Shown piece by piece: positions 48,613-60,965 of a stretch of DNA of 64,000 nt. Both the position numbers and the translations under genes were made by a program. The stretch is from NCBI GenBank assembly GCA_020536535.1, contig JAHLWZ010000602.1, positions 53,998 to 117,997 on the forward strand, given 5' to 3'. The notes beneath the pieces are model-generated. The model did not search any database and was not told the DNA's origin. It saw only the letters and a list, made by a program, of their open reading frames with translations. Each line of letters begins with the position of its first letter. The first letter of the stretch is position 1. The stretch is from Pelomyxa schiedti. Lineage: Eukaryota; Protista; Evosea.

Positions 48613-50258
48613 ATGGACAACAAGTCACACGTTAAAGTAATTGCGTGCTATGGTGGTGAGGAACGAACTTTGTACCTTGCTTGTAATTACTGGCTGCTGC
48701 CTCTGAAGCAGTTGCTTGCTTCTCTGTTCCCACCCCCTTGCGCCTCATCCACTGCAGTAGTATCGGTGCCGAGTTCTGACACTTCTTCTGGTTCTGATTC
48801 ATGTTCGGCTACTGCTTCTACTTCTTCTTCCTCGGCATCACTACCTGAACCCTCTGGAACGGCTGTTGCTTGTGCTACTAAATCACCAGGTGTTGATAAA
48901 AGGGACCCGGTCTTGCCCACACTGAGTGCGGAGTTGCCTGGGGGCGAGTTGTGTACAATAGACAATAGTGCGGCTCTGAGGAAAGTACTGAAGCTTGCTG
49001 TGTGGGCAACTAGACCGCTTTACATCAGGGTAGCATTCCCCACTCCTACTTGTGCAGTTTCAAGAGGTGTGGATTCTGCCGCGGATGCCACCTCGGGAAT
49101 AATTCAAGTTCCAGCCAGAGTTCTCAACTGCATGGAGTGTGTGTCCCTTGGATTCGGCGGCAGTGTTCCGTCAGCAACTCTTCCAACTGTAGTTGTTATC
49201 GGCGGAGTGCATGGGAATGAAGTAATGGGCATTGAAGGAGTCCAGAGGCTGAAGAGCTTCTTGACAACTAAACCAGCGCACCCGTTTGCCCTTCGACTTC
49301 TTGCCACTGCGCGGGTATGATTCTGCGCTCTGCCGTCCGTCTAACTCTGTTAGATTGTCGTCGTTCCTTGTATAAATCCCATTGGATACCTGGCTCGAGC
49401 TAGATGCTGTCCTGTTGCATCAGAAAACTGTTCAGTAAATTACAACACGAATACTGGGGAGATAGTAGTTCAAGATACACAAAGAGGATCCATCAGCCCA
49501 CCACCTGTTTGTTGTACTTCTTACTTTACGGGAGGGCTGACTCTTTCCAGGGATGGAAGGACCCAAATAGAGGATGGGCTGCAAATGACACCCTGGTTCT
49601 TATCTTTTTTTGTTCCTTAAAATCAGTTGATTCTCAAGTTGAAACCTACAGGTCAAGCACAACCTCAAATCTCTTCTCGATTCTGTCAATCCTAGTGTAC
49701 TTATATTCAACCATGACTGGGCTGCTCCACAGGCCAAACTTGTATTTTACGGCGAATCTCCAATAGATGTTAAGGGGATTTCTCGGCTTCTTTCCAAATT
49801 CTATCCTTGCTGTACACCGTATGCACTTTTTGATGTAAACTGCTTGATTAAAAGAGATCTCACTAACAGGTTTGGCAAACCGTGGCAGTTTGTGGAGCCC
49901 GGCCAAATGGCCGAGGAGCCCGAAGAAGTGACTCTATCTTGGTACCTAAGAGCAGAATTAGGCATCTCAAGCTGTAATTATCCATTCCATTATAATGCCC
50001 TAAAACTTTCTTTAAACTTTGAGAATTCTCAACACCGCACATACTCCTAGGAACAAAAAACACCTCAAAATAACCCAACGACTTGCCATTTAATAACCAC
50101 TCCACAAAGATGTGTGTGAGACTTACATGAAGATGGCGCATTCTGCCGCTGTTCATTTTGCCGTGTGCTTGTTCCTCATCTCCAAGTACGCCAGATTGGA
50201 CATGCCAGAACCAGACCTCATCAAGGCCATATCTGCAATTTGTTTCGCCAAGACCTGA
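48613..50258 (+). CDS. M14-like zinc hydrolase (AstE/AspA-like) with an N-terminal PB1/ubiquitin-like region
   Basis: VVVIGGVHGNE, VVPCINPIG, DPNRGW, IFNHD and a C-terminal ETY. Confidence 0.75.
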
Positions 50259-50438
50259 TCGGAATCGGAGACAATTAAAACCCCTGCCCCCGAACCGACA
50301 CCCCCGCTTTCATTAATTTTTTTCCCCCTTCCTACCACTGCACAGTGCAACCCCTAGGACCAAATTGTAACAAAGTTGATAAACAAGCCCGAACATCTCA
50401 TTATTCATTTAAAAAAATAAAAAACAAACAACTTCATC

Positions 50439-51844
50439 ATGGCAGCAGCCACGAACGGATTGGACGCGTTGAAACACCTCACTGTTGTAGTGAGTGGCTA
50501 CAACCTTTTTTTTTTTGTTTTCCCCTCTGCGGATGTTTGAGTGGTAATTTTGTGATGGCAGGTTGCTGACTCTGGCGACTACGAGGAGTTCAAAGACTTG
50601 GGAACACGCGATGCCACAACTAACCCTTCTCTTATCTATTTGGCTGCACAGAAACCAAAATACAAGTTCCTCTTAGGTGTGTAATATTGTAGTGGCTTCT
50701 TACAAAAAAAAATCTTACTTTTGCAGATAAAATCGTCACCGAAGCTAAGGCTCTGACAGCGGCAACCATCGACCAAAAAGTAACCTATGCCATGGACCAC
50801 TTGAATGTTGCATATGGTGTTGAGATTCTGAAGCTGGTTCCTGGAAGAGTAAGCACTGAGGTTGATGCTAGACTCTCCTTTGACGTTGCTGGAACTATCG
50901 CCAAAGCAAGAGAAATTATCGGCATCTATGAGTGTGTCCTCTTTTTGTTCGTTTATTCGTAACAGCATTGCCAGGAGAGCTGGCATTCCCAAGGATAGAA
51001 TTTTGGTTAAACTTGCATGCACATGGGAAGGGTGCCAGGTGTGACTTTTTTCAAAAATCCCATAAACACCCATACTTAAACCAAATTTAGGCTGCAAAAG
51101 TCCTCGAGGCGGAAGGAATTCATTGCAATATGACTTTGATTTTTTCTCTCACCCAGGCACCTTATTCTTGTGATGAATTTACCGCTATTATTTATTTTTC
51201 CCCCCTCTATCAAATAGGCTATTGCTTGCGCCGAAGTTGGTGCCACTCTCATCAGCCCTTTTGTCGGCAGAATCACAGACTATTTCAAGCAACGTGACCA
51301 CAAGGACTTTCTCCCTGCTGCCGATCCTGGTAAGGAATTCTCTGCTCCTCAACCACCATCTTAATCCATTCCAAGGTGTAATCTCAGTGTCGGAGATATT
51401 TGGGTACTACAAGGCTTATGGATATCGCACCGAAGTCATGGGGGCCAGTTTCAGGAGCAAGGAGCAGGTCCTGCAACTTGCCGGGTGTGACTTGCTCACA
51501 GTTGCCCCCAAGGTATGAACACATAGAAAGGGGAAAGTATTGAAGCCCACTCTAATGCCTGGTAGCTTCTTGAGGAGATCAAGCTACTACCAGCCGATGC
51601 GGTGTCACCTAAATTGATTGTCTCGAGTGCCACTGCACCATGCCCCAAGGTGTCCCTTGACGAGAAGGCTTTCAGATGGGCAATGAACGAGGTGTGATTT
51701 ATCCCACCCCACTGATCTTTGTTTAGTCTTGCTAACTTGAAATAGAACGAAATGGCCACCATAAAACTGGCGGACGGAATCAGAAGGTTTGGGGTTGACA
51801 TCATGAAACTGGAAGCCGACATCAAACATCTCCTGTTGTCTTGA
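50439..51844 (+). CDS. TALDO1: Transaldolase
   Basis: [83 protein letters not shown]. Confidence 0.98.
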
Positions 51845-52021
51845 CGCTTTTTCCTTGATGTTTGTGTCTAGTTTTTAAAATCGATGGTTCATGGGTGCGT
51901 ACCACTTTTCGTAACAGAACCCAAGAGATGCTGAACATCGCGTTGGCGTTGCCAGCCTCCACAGAGTTGAAAAAGCTATCACAGTCCCGGAAAAGCCAAA
52001 GGGCGCTCTTTTTTGGGACGC

Positions 52022-53670
52022 ATGTTTCGGCGGTTAGTGAGTGGCCTGGAGCAGTTCTTCCTCCAAAACGAGGTGTTTGTGGAAGTTGCGTTCGTGTTTT
52101 CGCCCTCGTTGTCCCTGCCAGAGTGCAACGACAAGTTACGTGCCCTCCAGGTACCCAAGCCGCCCCCAAAACCCCCACGTTTGACCGCCGTAACGCAGGC
52201 TGTCACGCCACTTCTAAGAACGCAGCTGAATGCATCCAGGACGGAACTGTGTGTCTTACCACTTGGTAGTGGTGGATTGGCTGCCCCTGCGGCCGAATGT
52301 GCTGATTCGTGTGTCGCCGCCACCAATCGCAATTCGCTTGGAAGAAGAAGAGGTGTTACTCGAACTGAGGCGCACGAAGCTATGGTTCGACACCTGTCTG
52401 CGCCATTCGAGCGGGACCTCGACAACTCTGCGTCCCGTTGTCTGGCTATCGCCGAGTGGCGATTCATAGAGTGTGTTGCTGTCCCTGTCAGCTCTGTTGG
52501 TTCTTCTGGCTCTAGCTGCGGTGGTGACGTGGAGGGGGAGGAGTCATGGCTGCTGATGAAGGCTTCTCATGCGTTCTTGGATGGGAGATATGTTGGAAAG
52601 TTGGCGGATTACTTCAATGGCATGGGGGAAGGTTTACAATCAGTGGATGAAATGGCCGACTTCACGAAATGGTTGCAACCATTAACCAGCTTTGACAAAG
52701 TTCCATCTAGTTCTCGTACCCAATCAAAAATCCTCTTTCCTACTGAGTATCGGGATAAATAGATACCCAAGAAATTCCATATAAGCCACTCCCTCTCCGT
52801 GGTCCTGCTTCAGGAGAACCGGGTGTGGTTAGTGGCCGATTTCCTCTCCCATCTGCTCTTCATCAGTCTTGCAAGTCTCAGGGATTGACAATCCATGCTG
52901 CCATTCAAGTAATACAGAATACTCCATCAATCCGAAGGTGTTCCGTAAACTCTTCAACTAGGCGTCAGTGGCATTTAGTGTTACTCAGCAGTACCATTTC
53001 CCACATCCAGTACGAATTTCCAATGGTATATCTAAATGGGATATTTCTTTTAATGACACTGCTAAGTTGTTGACCTCAGACCGTGGATGACAATTCCAAG
53101 CACCCAAAGCAACTCTGTTTTACTCTCTGTTTCAGGTGTGGATACAGTCGCCGATTGCCGAGGAGAAATGAATCCAGAAAACCTTCTCACTCTGGCCCGG
53201 AGTGTACACATACAACTATCTCAGTCTCTCTCACGTGGAGAGCGTATCCCAAAACAATTCCCGAAACTCTAACATCCGAATACGCCACAAAAAAAAAAAA
53301 CCTTAACCAATCCTTCTCAGATATCCTTCCATATCTCCACGAATCACGTGGGGACGACGGGGCCATGAGCAGCATTATTACCTCCGACGACCAGGGACCA
53401 AACAAAGGCCTTATTGAAATAAGCAACATGGGAGTACTCCTACGCAACACCAACCACACCAACAACCCCGTGAAGTCACTTTGGATCATGAACACAGGCA
53501 AAGGACTTGGCCACGTTCTGGACTTCCTGTTCCACACAGAATCCACCACAGAAGGCACAGAGTTCCTGTCATACTCTGTGTGTTTTGACAAGGGGTGCTG
53601 GGACATTGAAGCGGTGAAAGCAATTGCAGAGAAATTAACTACTGCCTTGCCCTTGTGTGCAAGGTGGTGA
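52022..53670 (+). CDS. CoA-dependent acyltransferase (condensation / PapA5 / alcohol acetyltransferase-like)
   Basis: HxxxDG motif SHAFLDG, CKSQGLTIHAAIQ, VVDLRP and EISNMG. Confidence 0.65.
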
Positions 53671-53710
53671 GGCAAAAAAGAGAGAAAGAAGAATAAAGGG
53701 ATAAAACTGG

Positions 53711-55477
53711 TCAATCTCTGTTACTATGAGCACTGGGATAAAGAGGTGATGACGTGGGTACGAGGGTATTTGTGAATTGGACTGGGGGAATGCTTACTAG
53801 AGGTGGGTAACTGAGTTGTGTGGTATTGGATTCTAGAGAAGAGGGGGGAGGTACGAACTGATGCGGCTGCAGTGTCAGTGATGACAGGGGAGCATATATA
53901 TATTGTGGGGGTGGCTCGGTTTCTGGTGGTTTCCGATAAAGGAACTTGGGATTTCGAATTTTCTTCCATACAACCTCTATGATGAGGTCCACCAATTCTG
54001 TCCGGTGATATGTTGGGTATTCCTCCTTCACAAGGTAGTAGCCTATCCAAGGCTCTGAGTTAGGAGCCACTTTTTTGAGTGTGGCAGTTCCTACCCACAC
54101 GTCAGAGGTTGCATCTCGGTACCCAATTCGATGGTGATAAATTGAGTGTATCTTCTCCCCGTTTGGACCTCTACATAACGTAAGGGAAAAAGTATAAGTA
54201 CTTAGTAGAGATTACAATGTGCACTCATTGATAGTTAGGGTTTGGAGGGTTGCTTCAGTTTTCGAACCCCGTAGGAGCATAAAAGAAGCTCCGTCTTTGG
54301 ACTGGTCTGCCAGAGCTGCTTCTCGCAGGATCTGTTCTGCTTGACTCCTGTCAACGTCTGTGGTGTACCTGATTGAAAAGCATAAATTTAACAATTTCGA
54401 GGGGGGTGAAGATACTCAATAAACTCCCACTGGTCTTTGGCTTGCTCTTCTCCTTCTAGTAATGAGTAAGGGAAAGCAGGTACTGGTGGAAGGGGCTGGG
54501 AGGAAACTGGCCCCGTATTTTGGGGGACAAGAGTGGTGTTAACCATAGGGGGAGGGTGTGGGAGAGAGTCCATAATCGGAGTTACGGAGGGAAAAGGAGA
54601 AATCAATGGTGGCTGGGCTCCAATGAGTGGTTTACCGGGGAACGCGGCGTTTGGTGTTCCAGACACCTTCGGTACGGCCTTGGTTCCTGTAAAGCGGGTT
54701 ACTATCCTTTCAGAAACAATGGAAAAGTACGAAGAACAATATTGGTTGCAATCCATTTGTCGTCCTTCTTTACTATGACACGTAAATTCAATGAACCACT
54801 GAATTTAGTGGTGTTGCCTTTGCCCTTTTTCTTTCCTGATGCCTGTGGTGTGGCAGCAGTTGCCGTTTTAGCAGGCGTTTCATTGACCAAACGAATATCA
54901 GAGTAATCTGGCTTCTGGTTCCCTTGGAAGGAGGTTAATAGAAAGTACAAAAACCGGCATAAAGCGGAGAGCACTTTGTTGGACGAGGAAACATCCGCCC
55001 TTGAGTCTCACTTTTTCTTCAAAAAACATCGTGTTGTCAGGTAGATCCATGTTCTTCTGTCCCGAGAATACAGCAAATTGATATGCCTTGTTTGGCGAAT
55101 ACGAGGTTACGTAGCTCAATGTCGCGCCCGGATCAAGTGCAGAGATCGTAACGCACGGTAGTACATTGATAGGAACAGGAACGAAAACGCCAGTGGTTGG
55201 ATGTCGCGAGAATGCTGGCAAGTCGTACGTACCCCGCTCGCATGTGATGTGAGATCTTGAGACCACGAAGAGTCTCTCTAGTACTTTGGTTATTCCTTCA
55301 TATTTGACGCCGACTCGGCTTCGTTTGGCACTGCGCAGGGGAATACAGTCAAAATTATATGCGGGGGAAAAAAAGAAAAAATAAATTGAAGGGGGAAGTT
55401 TGTGGCGACTGAGTTGGTTTCGGGGTTTTTTTTTTCTTTATTGTTTGGTACGGGGATGTCACGCACTTCGGCTGCAT
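53711..55477 (-). CDS. SH2-like domain protein with a beta-rich N-domain and Pro-rich linkers
   Basis: C-terminal YTTDVDRSQAEQIL...FMLLRGS...TLT...IYHHRI fits the SH2 pattern. Confidence 0.5.
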
Positions 55478-55809
55478 TCGTGTTTCGCGTTTTCTTGCTT
55501 TTCTGACCTTTTGATGAAGAGGAAAATAAATGTGCAAAAATAGTCTTCTGCGACCAAGTTGTGGGCCCATGTTTCTCGTCCCTTCTGGAAGCAAAAGTCC
55601 CGAGAGACGGTTCCTATCTCCAGTATGTACAGTATGAAGACTGTCCTGAGTGACACTTCCCAGACAGTGCTGTGTTGTCATCTAATCTCTTACCTTTGTC
55701 TGTCCAGCGGTTTCGTTGCACGAAGGCGGCCGGTGGGTGCTACATTTGTCGTAGATCCGGGTGTGTTGCTTGTTGTTGGAGTGGGAGTAGAGGACACGGT
55801 AGCGCATAA

Positions 55810-58190
55810 ATGAAGATCAATGCTAGGGTGGGGTGGATAATCGTGTTTGGGTTGGTCGTGCTGGCGTCGTGCGTGGTGATCCTGGCCACTCTCATTGTTG
55901 CCATTGTAGACGCCGTAAATGCGAACGACGACATGAAGTCGCCTGACAACGATGTTCTTGATGCCATTACGACCAGTGGCGTGAGTGAATTTTGTTGCTG
56001 TTTCCAGCTTTTTTTTTTTTTTTTTTTCTTTTCCTTTTCTTGTACCCTCTTCCTTTTGTCACTTATATGAACACAGCTTAATGCACACTGGAAATATTTC
56101 TCCTCGGAGTTGTTGGAAGGTCGATATACTGGCAGTAGAGGAGAGAGTTCTGCGGGACTGTATGCGGAGTCACAATTCACACTTTGGGGACTGGACCCAG
56201 CTGGTGATAACGGAACATATTATCAATATGTCCCCCTTCAGGTTGGTAAGTATGTGTAGTATTTTAATTTATGTGCATGCAGGACGTCACTCCTNNNNNN
56301 NNNNNNNNNNNNNNNNNNNNNNNNNNNNNNNNNNNNNNNNNNNNNNNNNNNNNNNNNNNNNNNNNNNNNNNNNNNNNNNNNNNNNNNNNNNNNNAATTCA
56401 CACTTTGGGGACTGGACCCAGCTGGTGATAACGGAACATATTATCAATATGTCCCCCTTCAGGTTGGTAAGTATGTGTAGTATTTTAATTTATGTGCATG
56501 CAGGACGTCACTCCTATAGATGAAAGTGTGATGACTTTGCAAGGTACCTCAGGGACTTTAAGCCTCTCGTGGTATTCTGATTATGTAACAACTTCTCCGT
56601 ACCCTCTTTCGTCGCTCCAGACCATAGAGTTAGCAAATGAAGGCATGCTGTCAAAATGCAGGGAAACATACTTACTTTGCTTGTCTAGAACTCGTTTTTG
56701 TTGGTTATGGGATCAACGCTCCAGATCTTGGATGGAATGACTACAAGGTTAATGTCACAGGAAAAGTGGTCATTTGCTTTGTTGGGCAGCCCAAGAGTGG
56801 TGTATGGGCTGATCAACCATACAGGTGGTATTCTCGCTGGGTGTACAAGTATGAATACAACTCCTTACCCCCTTCTTTACAATCAAAACAGATACGAAGA
56901 AGCTTCCCGACAAGGAGCTAAAGCAATTTTTCTTGTCCACACACCCACCTCAGCTGGGTATGAGTGGTCTGTTGTGCAGACGGGCTGGGGATATGCCAAG
57001 GCAAGGCAGGAAGCCACAACCACAGCTGTACCCCTGCTTACTGGCTGGGTGATTTCTTTCATATTGCAGAGTTATATAGTTTTGACTCCTTCTAGGTTAC
57101 CCAGTATTATGGAGAGGAAATCGCAGCCTCTTGTAATTCAACTCTTGAGCAGTGGTTTAATGAAGCAGAGCTTGCTGAGTTTACCCCTCAACCTATTCCA
57201 CTGGACCTCTCTGTTAGCGTGACGTTCAGTAAATCCACTGCGATTTCGCTTATAGCTAATATCCATTTCCTAGCATGTGTGGACTTCTCTGGTACAAATA
57301 CCCTTGCCATGAAAAAGGGAAGCACAAGTGAAGCTGTTGTTATACTTGGACACATTGATGGCGTTGGTATTAAAAATGGAACTATCTATCCTGGTGCCAT
57401 TGATAATGCTGCCGGATCAAGTGTTGTGATGGAAATAGCTTATGCTTGGTCACAAATGATGTAATGAGTATTCCCAGAGTGAAAAAAGAGAAGATAGGAG
57501 AGGGGTGGAAGTCAAAACACTCAAACACAAATAACGGTACTGCACACCACTAACAACAAGAAGATTGGACGATCCACTTGAACGAAGTATCATTTTCTTG
57601 CTGGCAACTGCTGAAGAAGCTGGACTTTTTGGCTCTGACTATTTTGTGAACCATTTACCAACGACACTTGAGCAAGGAACAAAACTCGTAGCCGGAATTA
57701 ATTTCGACTGTCCTAACACTTGGGGTGCAACGTACGACATGGGGGGTGAGGGAGCAGACAAGTCTACCCTAGGGGCACTAGAAGAGTAAGTACCTGGCAC
57801 CTCTCGTTCATTAATTATGCAAAGATGGGCAGCTGAGAAAGAAGACATAACCTTCATTGCTGGGGTTTCCGGGTCTGGGTACTTCCGCGGCGATCAATGG
57901 TCACTGTCAAAGCAAGGCATACCTGCAATCTGGCCCGGCCGAGGTTAAGCTTCACCATTTTTTGAGCCAACCCAACATACCTCAGGTACCAATTTCATTG
58001 ACAAACCGGAGCACTACATCGAAGATGTTGTGATACCATTTGAATCCGCGTGCTACCATCAGCCCTGTGATGCCTATCGGGAAAACTCCGACTTGTCCGG
58101 CATGGTTCAAGGGGCAAGGGTGGGTCTGCGCATGGCCTATGCCCTAGCCACAGGCTCCAACACTCCTGAATGCATTAATAACTGTCAGTA
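55810..58190 (+). CDS. M28 family peptidase with a PA domain and N-terminal TM anchor (interrupted by an assembly gap)
   Basis: LEGRYTGS, VFVGYGINAP...WNDY, YKYEEA, ILGHIDG, PGAIDNAAG, ATAEEAGLFGS, INFD, RGDQ, YHQPCD. Confidence 0.92.
56174..56515. other. Scaffold gap (100 N) flanked by an identical 121-nt duplication
   Basis: 56174-56294 is identical to 56395-56515. Confidence 0.9.
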
Positions 58191-58250
58191 GTTGTGTAGT
58201 AGAAGCTTCAAGTTAATAAACGCTTTTTTTATTTTTTGAGTTTTCCAAAA

Positions 58251-60744
58251 CTAGGGGAGCACAATGATGAACACTGTGTGAACGGACACAGAGAGGGAAG
58301 GTTGTAGTTGTGTGCTGTGCATTGTGGCTTTGAATATGTGGGACACTTCATAGGAATGCCCCTGGGCGTGCATTTCAGCGGAACCATCAACGCAGCACAC
58401 TGGGTTGTCGGGATGGTCAGGATGGTGGATGACGGCCACGAAACAAACGTGGATTTGATGCACGGTTTCGCTGAGGTTGTTGGGAACGATGGAGATTCTA
58501 ATGTGGAGGTCCAGGTCATTGTGAAGGTCTGTGTTGGGTAAGGCAACAGTGATCTCTTCCAGTGTGCTGATGGTTGAGGGATGTTGCCCTTGGGAGAGGA
58601 AAAAGCTGCAAGAAGCGGAATATGGATTCTCCCGAAATGGAAAACATAAAGCTCCTTGGCAAGAAAAGAGAGACAGATTTACGGCATGTGTTTCGCGCAC
58701 AAACGGCAAGTACCTGCTTGATGCTTCAGTATATACGATTTGGTGTAGAACTGGAAGTTCTTTCTCCAGCAAAAGATAAGGAAGTTTTAGGGGATCAGTC
58801 CTGTAAAAGATGTTGATTGAAAAGAAAGGAGTGGATGAATCAAACCATGGAATGGAATTGGGCTTCTCTGTAAGTAGTTTCGGCAGATCCCACACCTTTA
58901 GAGGTGTTATATTCAAAAGAGTGCAAAAAGAACCTTACAGACATGAAGTGTCGTGGGAGACTTTTCAGCCATACTTTGTGTTTCAGGAAGAGGGCTCCAG
59001 TGTTGTGAGCTGAAAAGGAAGGAAGATAAAGGCCAGGGTATCCTGGTAGAACAGGTGTGCATAATCTTACCAAAGTGAGTAATGTGCATGTAGCACGCAG
59101 TTTACCCGTAGAATGGTATTGGGAGCCGCTGTAAAACTGTGTCAGCATTTGCGGGATATCTTGTGGCCACTGGCTGGAGGTATCTGTGAATCCTTTGAAG
59201 CTGAACCTGGAATAAAGTTGGGCTTGAAACGCGTGTTCCTTACATTGCTCAGCAAGCGAACTGGACTGCTCATTCCGAGTCGATTGTGCGAACCACAGGC
59301 GAGTGCCACCATACATCGATTTTTGGAGTAATAGAATATGAACCCATACCTGTGTTGGTGAAAAAGAAGAATGAAACAGGGCAATTACTGATAGGGCTGG
59401 TAGACTGTTCGACACGGAGTAAGAATGTCAGACAGAGCAGGAGAAATGTGGGAAAAAATTAATTCCTAAAAAAAAGCAAATGAGATCAGATTTAGTAAAT
59501 TATTCATACTTGCTTTGGTAGTCCATACAACACAGCAGAGTCGTGGCACACATTTGTAAATAGGTAACAAGGTTTCACTGTTCGAAAGCCTCTTGAGGCA
59601 TACTTTCTTTGTGGGTTTTAGTGGGGTGATGTCATGTATTTCTTACCTTGCACGAGACATACTAAAAGTCAAACAATGAGCGTCAATGACATTACATCCC
59701 GTCTCAAGAGAACGAACAGCTCGTTCTACCCCATAGACTTGCGAGCCATTAAATAGGAGAGCACAACAATCGATATCAAAGGCGGATATAATCTGCATTC
59801 CAGTTTTTTAGAAGAACTAAAATATGGACAAGGATACCTCTCCAGGACATTTGTAAGAATGAATCATCAATTGAACGTTTCGGTAAGGAAATCCTCGTGC
59901 CCAAGTCTAGGTTACTTGTGTAATTAGTTACGTTTGATAGAAAATTCACTAATTCATTAAGACGTACGAGAGTGTTTGTAGTTCTCACAACCAAGTTGTG
60001 GTTTGACACAGAAATGTCATGCACAGCCTCCCCTAGTAAATTGTGAATAGCAATGACTTTGCTCGTAGCATCCTACAAGGAAAAGGTCAAGGGAGAATGC
60101 AGAATGACGGCAATTAACCGCTGAGGTGAGCCCATAAAGGAAGATGTCTACATCAGAATCTGGGTGAGCGTGAAACTGCTCGTAAAACGCGATGTCCACT
60201 CTGCTTCCAAACTTGGAACTCAGTTTATTCCGGTTGCTGATTGCACCAGATACATCTTGCAAACAGGCAAGCACGCTCCCTCCAGCCACTACGACATTAT
60301 TCCAATCAAATGAGCGGAATTGCCCACATCTATGCTTTTCAAGAAGCAGAGCAAAGAATTCAGTAAGGTAAGGTAAGCGAAATGGACTATACGGAACTGC
60401 CTACGATAGAGAGTCGAAATTGTCAATAAACTCCTTCAGCGTGGTCACCCACGGCCAAACTGTGCGCTCGTTTGGAGTGGCGAGCCTAACTTCCTCGTGC
60501 GGTTGTGGTGGTGTGATTGTATCTCTGTGTAAAGACAGAACGTACTTGTCGGCACCGTGTTGGCAACCGGTCGACGCCTAAAACCAACAGTAAAAAAATG
60601 AGGTGTATTCCTCGTCGGATCTCTGGGGCAGCCTCAAAAGAAACGCACGTGGCACACAGAGCACCGGAACAGGGGAACCAACAACGAGTCGTATGCGCCA
60701 CCGCTCACCTTGCACAAGATCTCACGCGTCCGTTCCGCCCACAT
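58251..60744 (-). CDS. Uncharacterised Pol-beta-superfamily nucleotidyltransferase-like protein
   Basis: The spliced product reads EFIDNFDSLSCGQFRSFDWNNVVVAGGSVLACL...SDVDIFLYGL...VVRTTNT...FDIDCCALLFNG...NVID...RARKYASRGF. The 3' extent is uncertain. Confidence 0.7.
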
Positions 60745-60965
60745 TTCTTTTTATTTTTCTGCGACGGCCATCGAATGACCCCGAAAAGTTGGACTTGGAG
60801 GAACAAGAAGATAAAAAAAAAAGGTACAAACAACAGGGGCTTTGCTTGTTGGGCATTTGGTTGGCTCATTGCCTTGGGGAACAAAGTGGCTCCTGGGGGC
60901 ATCAGTGGCAGAGAGAACAGCCAAAACCACAGCACGGATTGACGCAACACTGTGGAACACGAACA

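Noticed and set aside
56174-56515. Apparent duplicated exon in the M28 peptidase
   Set aside because: It is the same 121-nt overlap artefact around an N gap.
36321-58190. Prokaryote-like enzymes as bacterial contamination or an operon
   Set aside because: All contain spliceosomal introns and are interleaved with eukaryote-specific genes on both strands.
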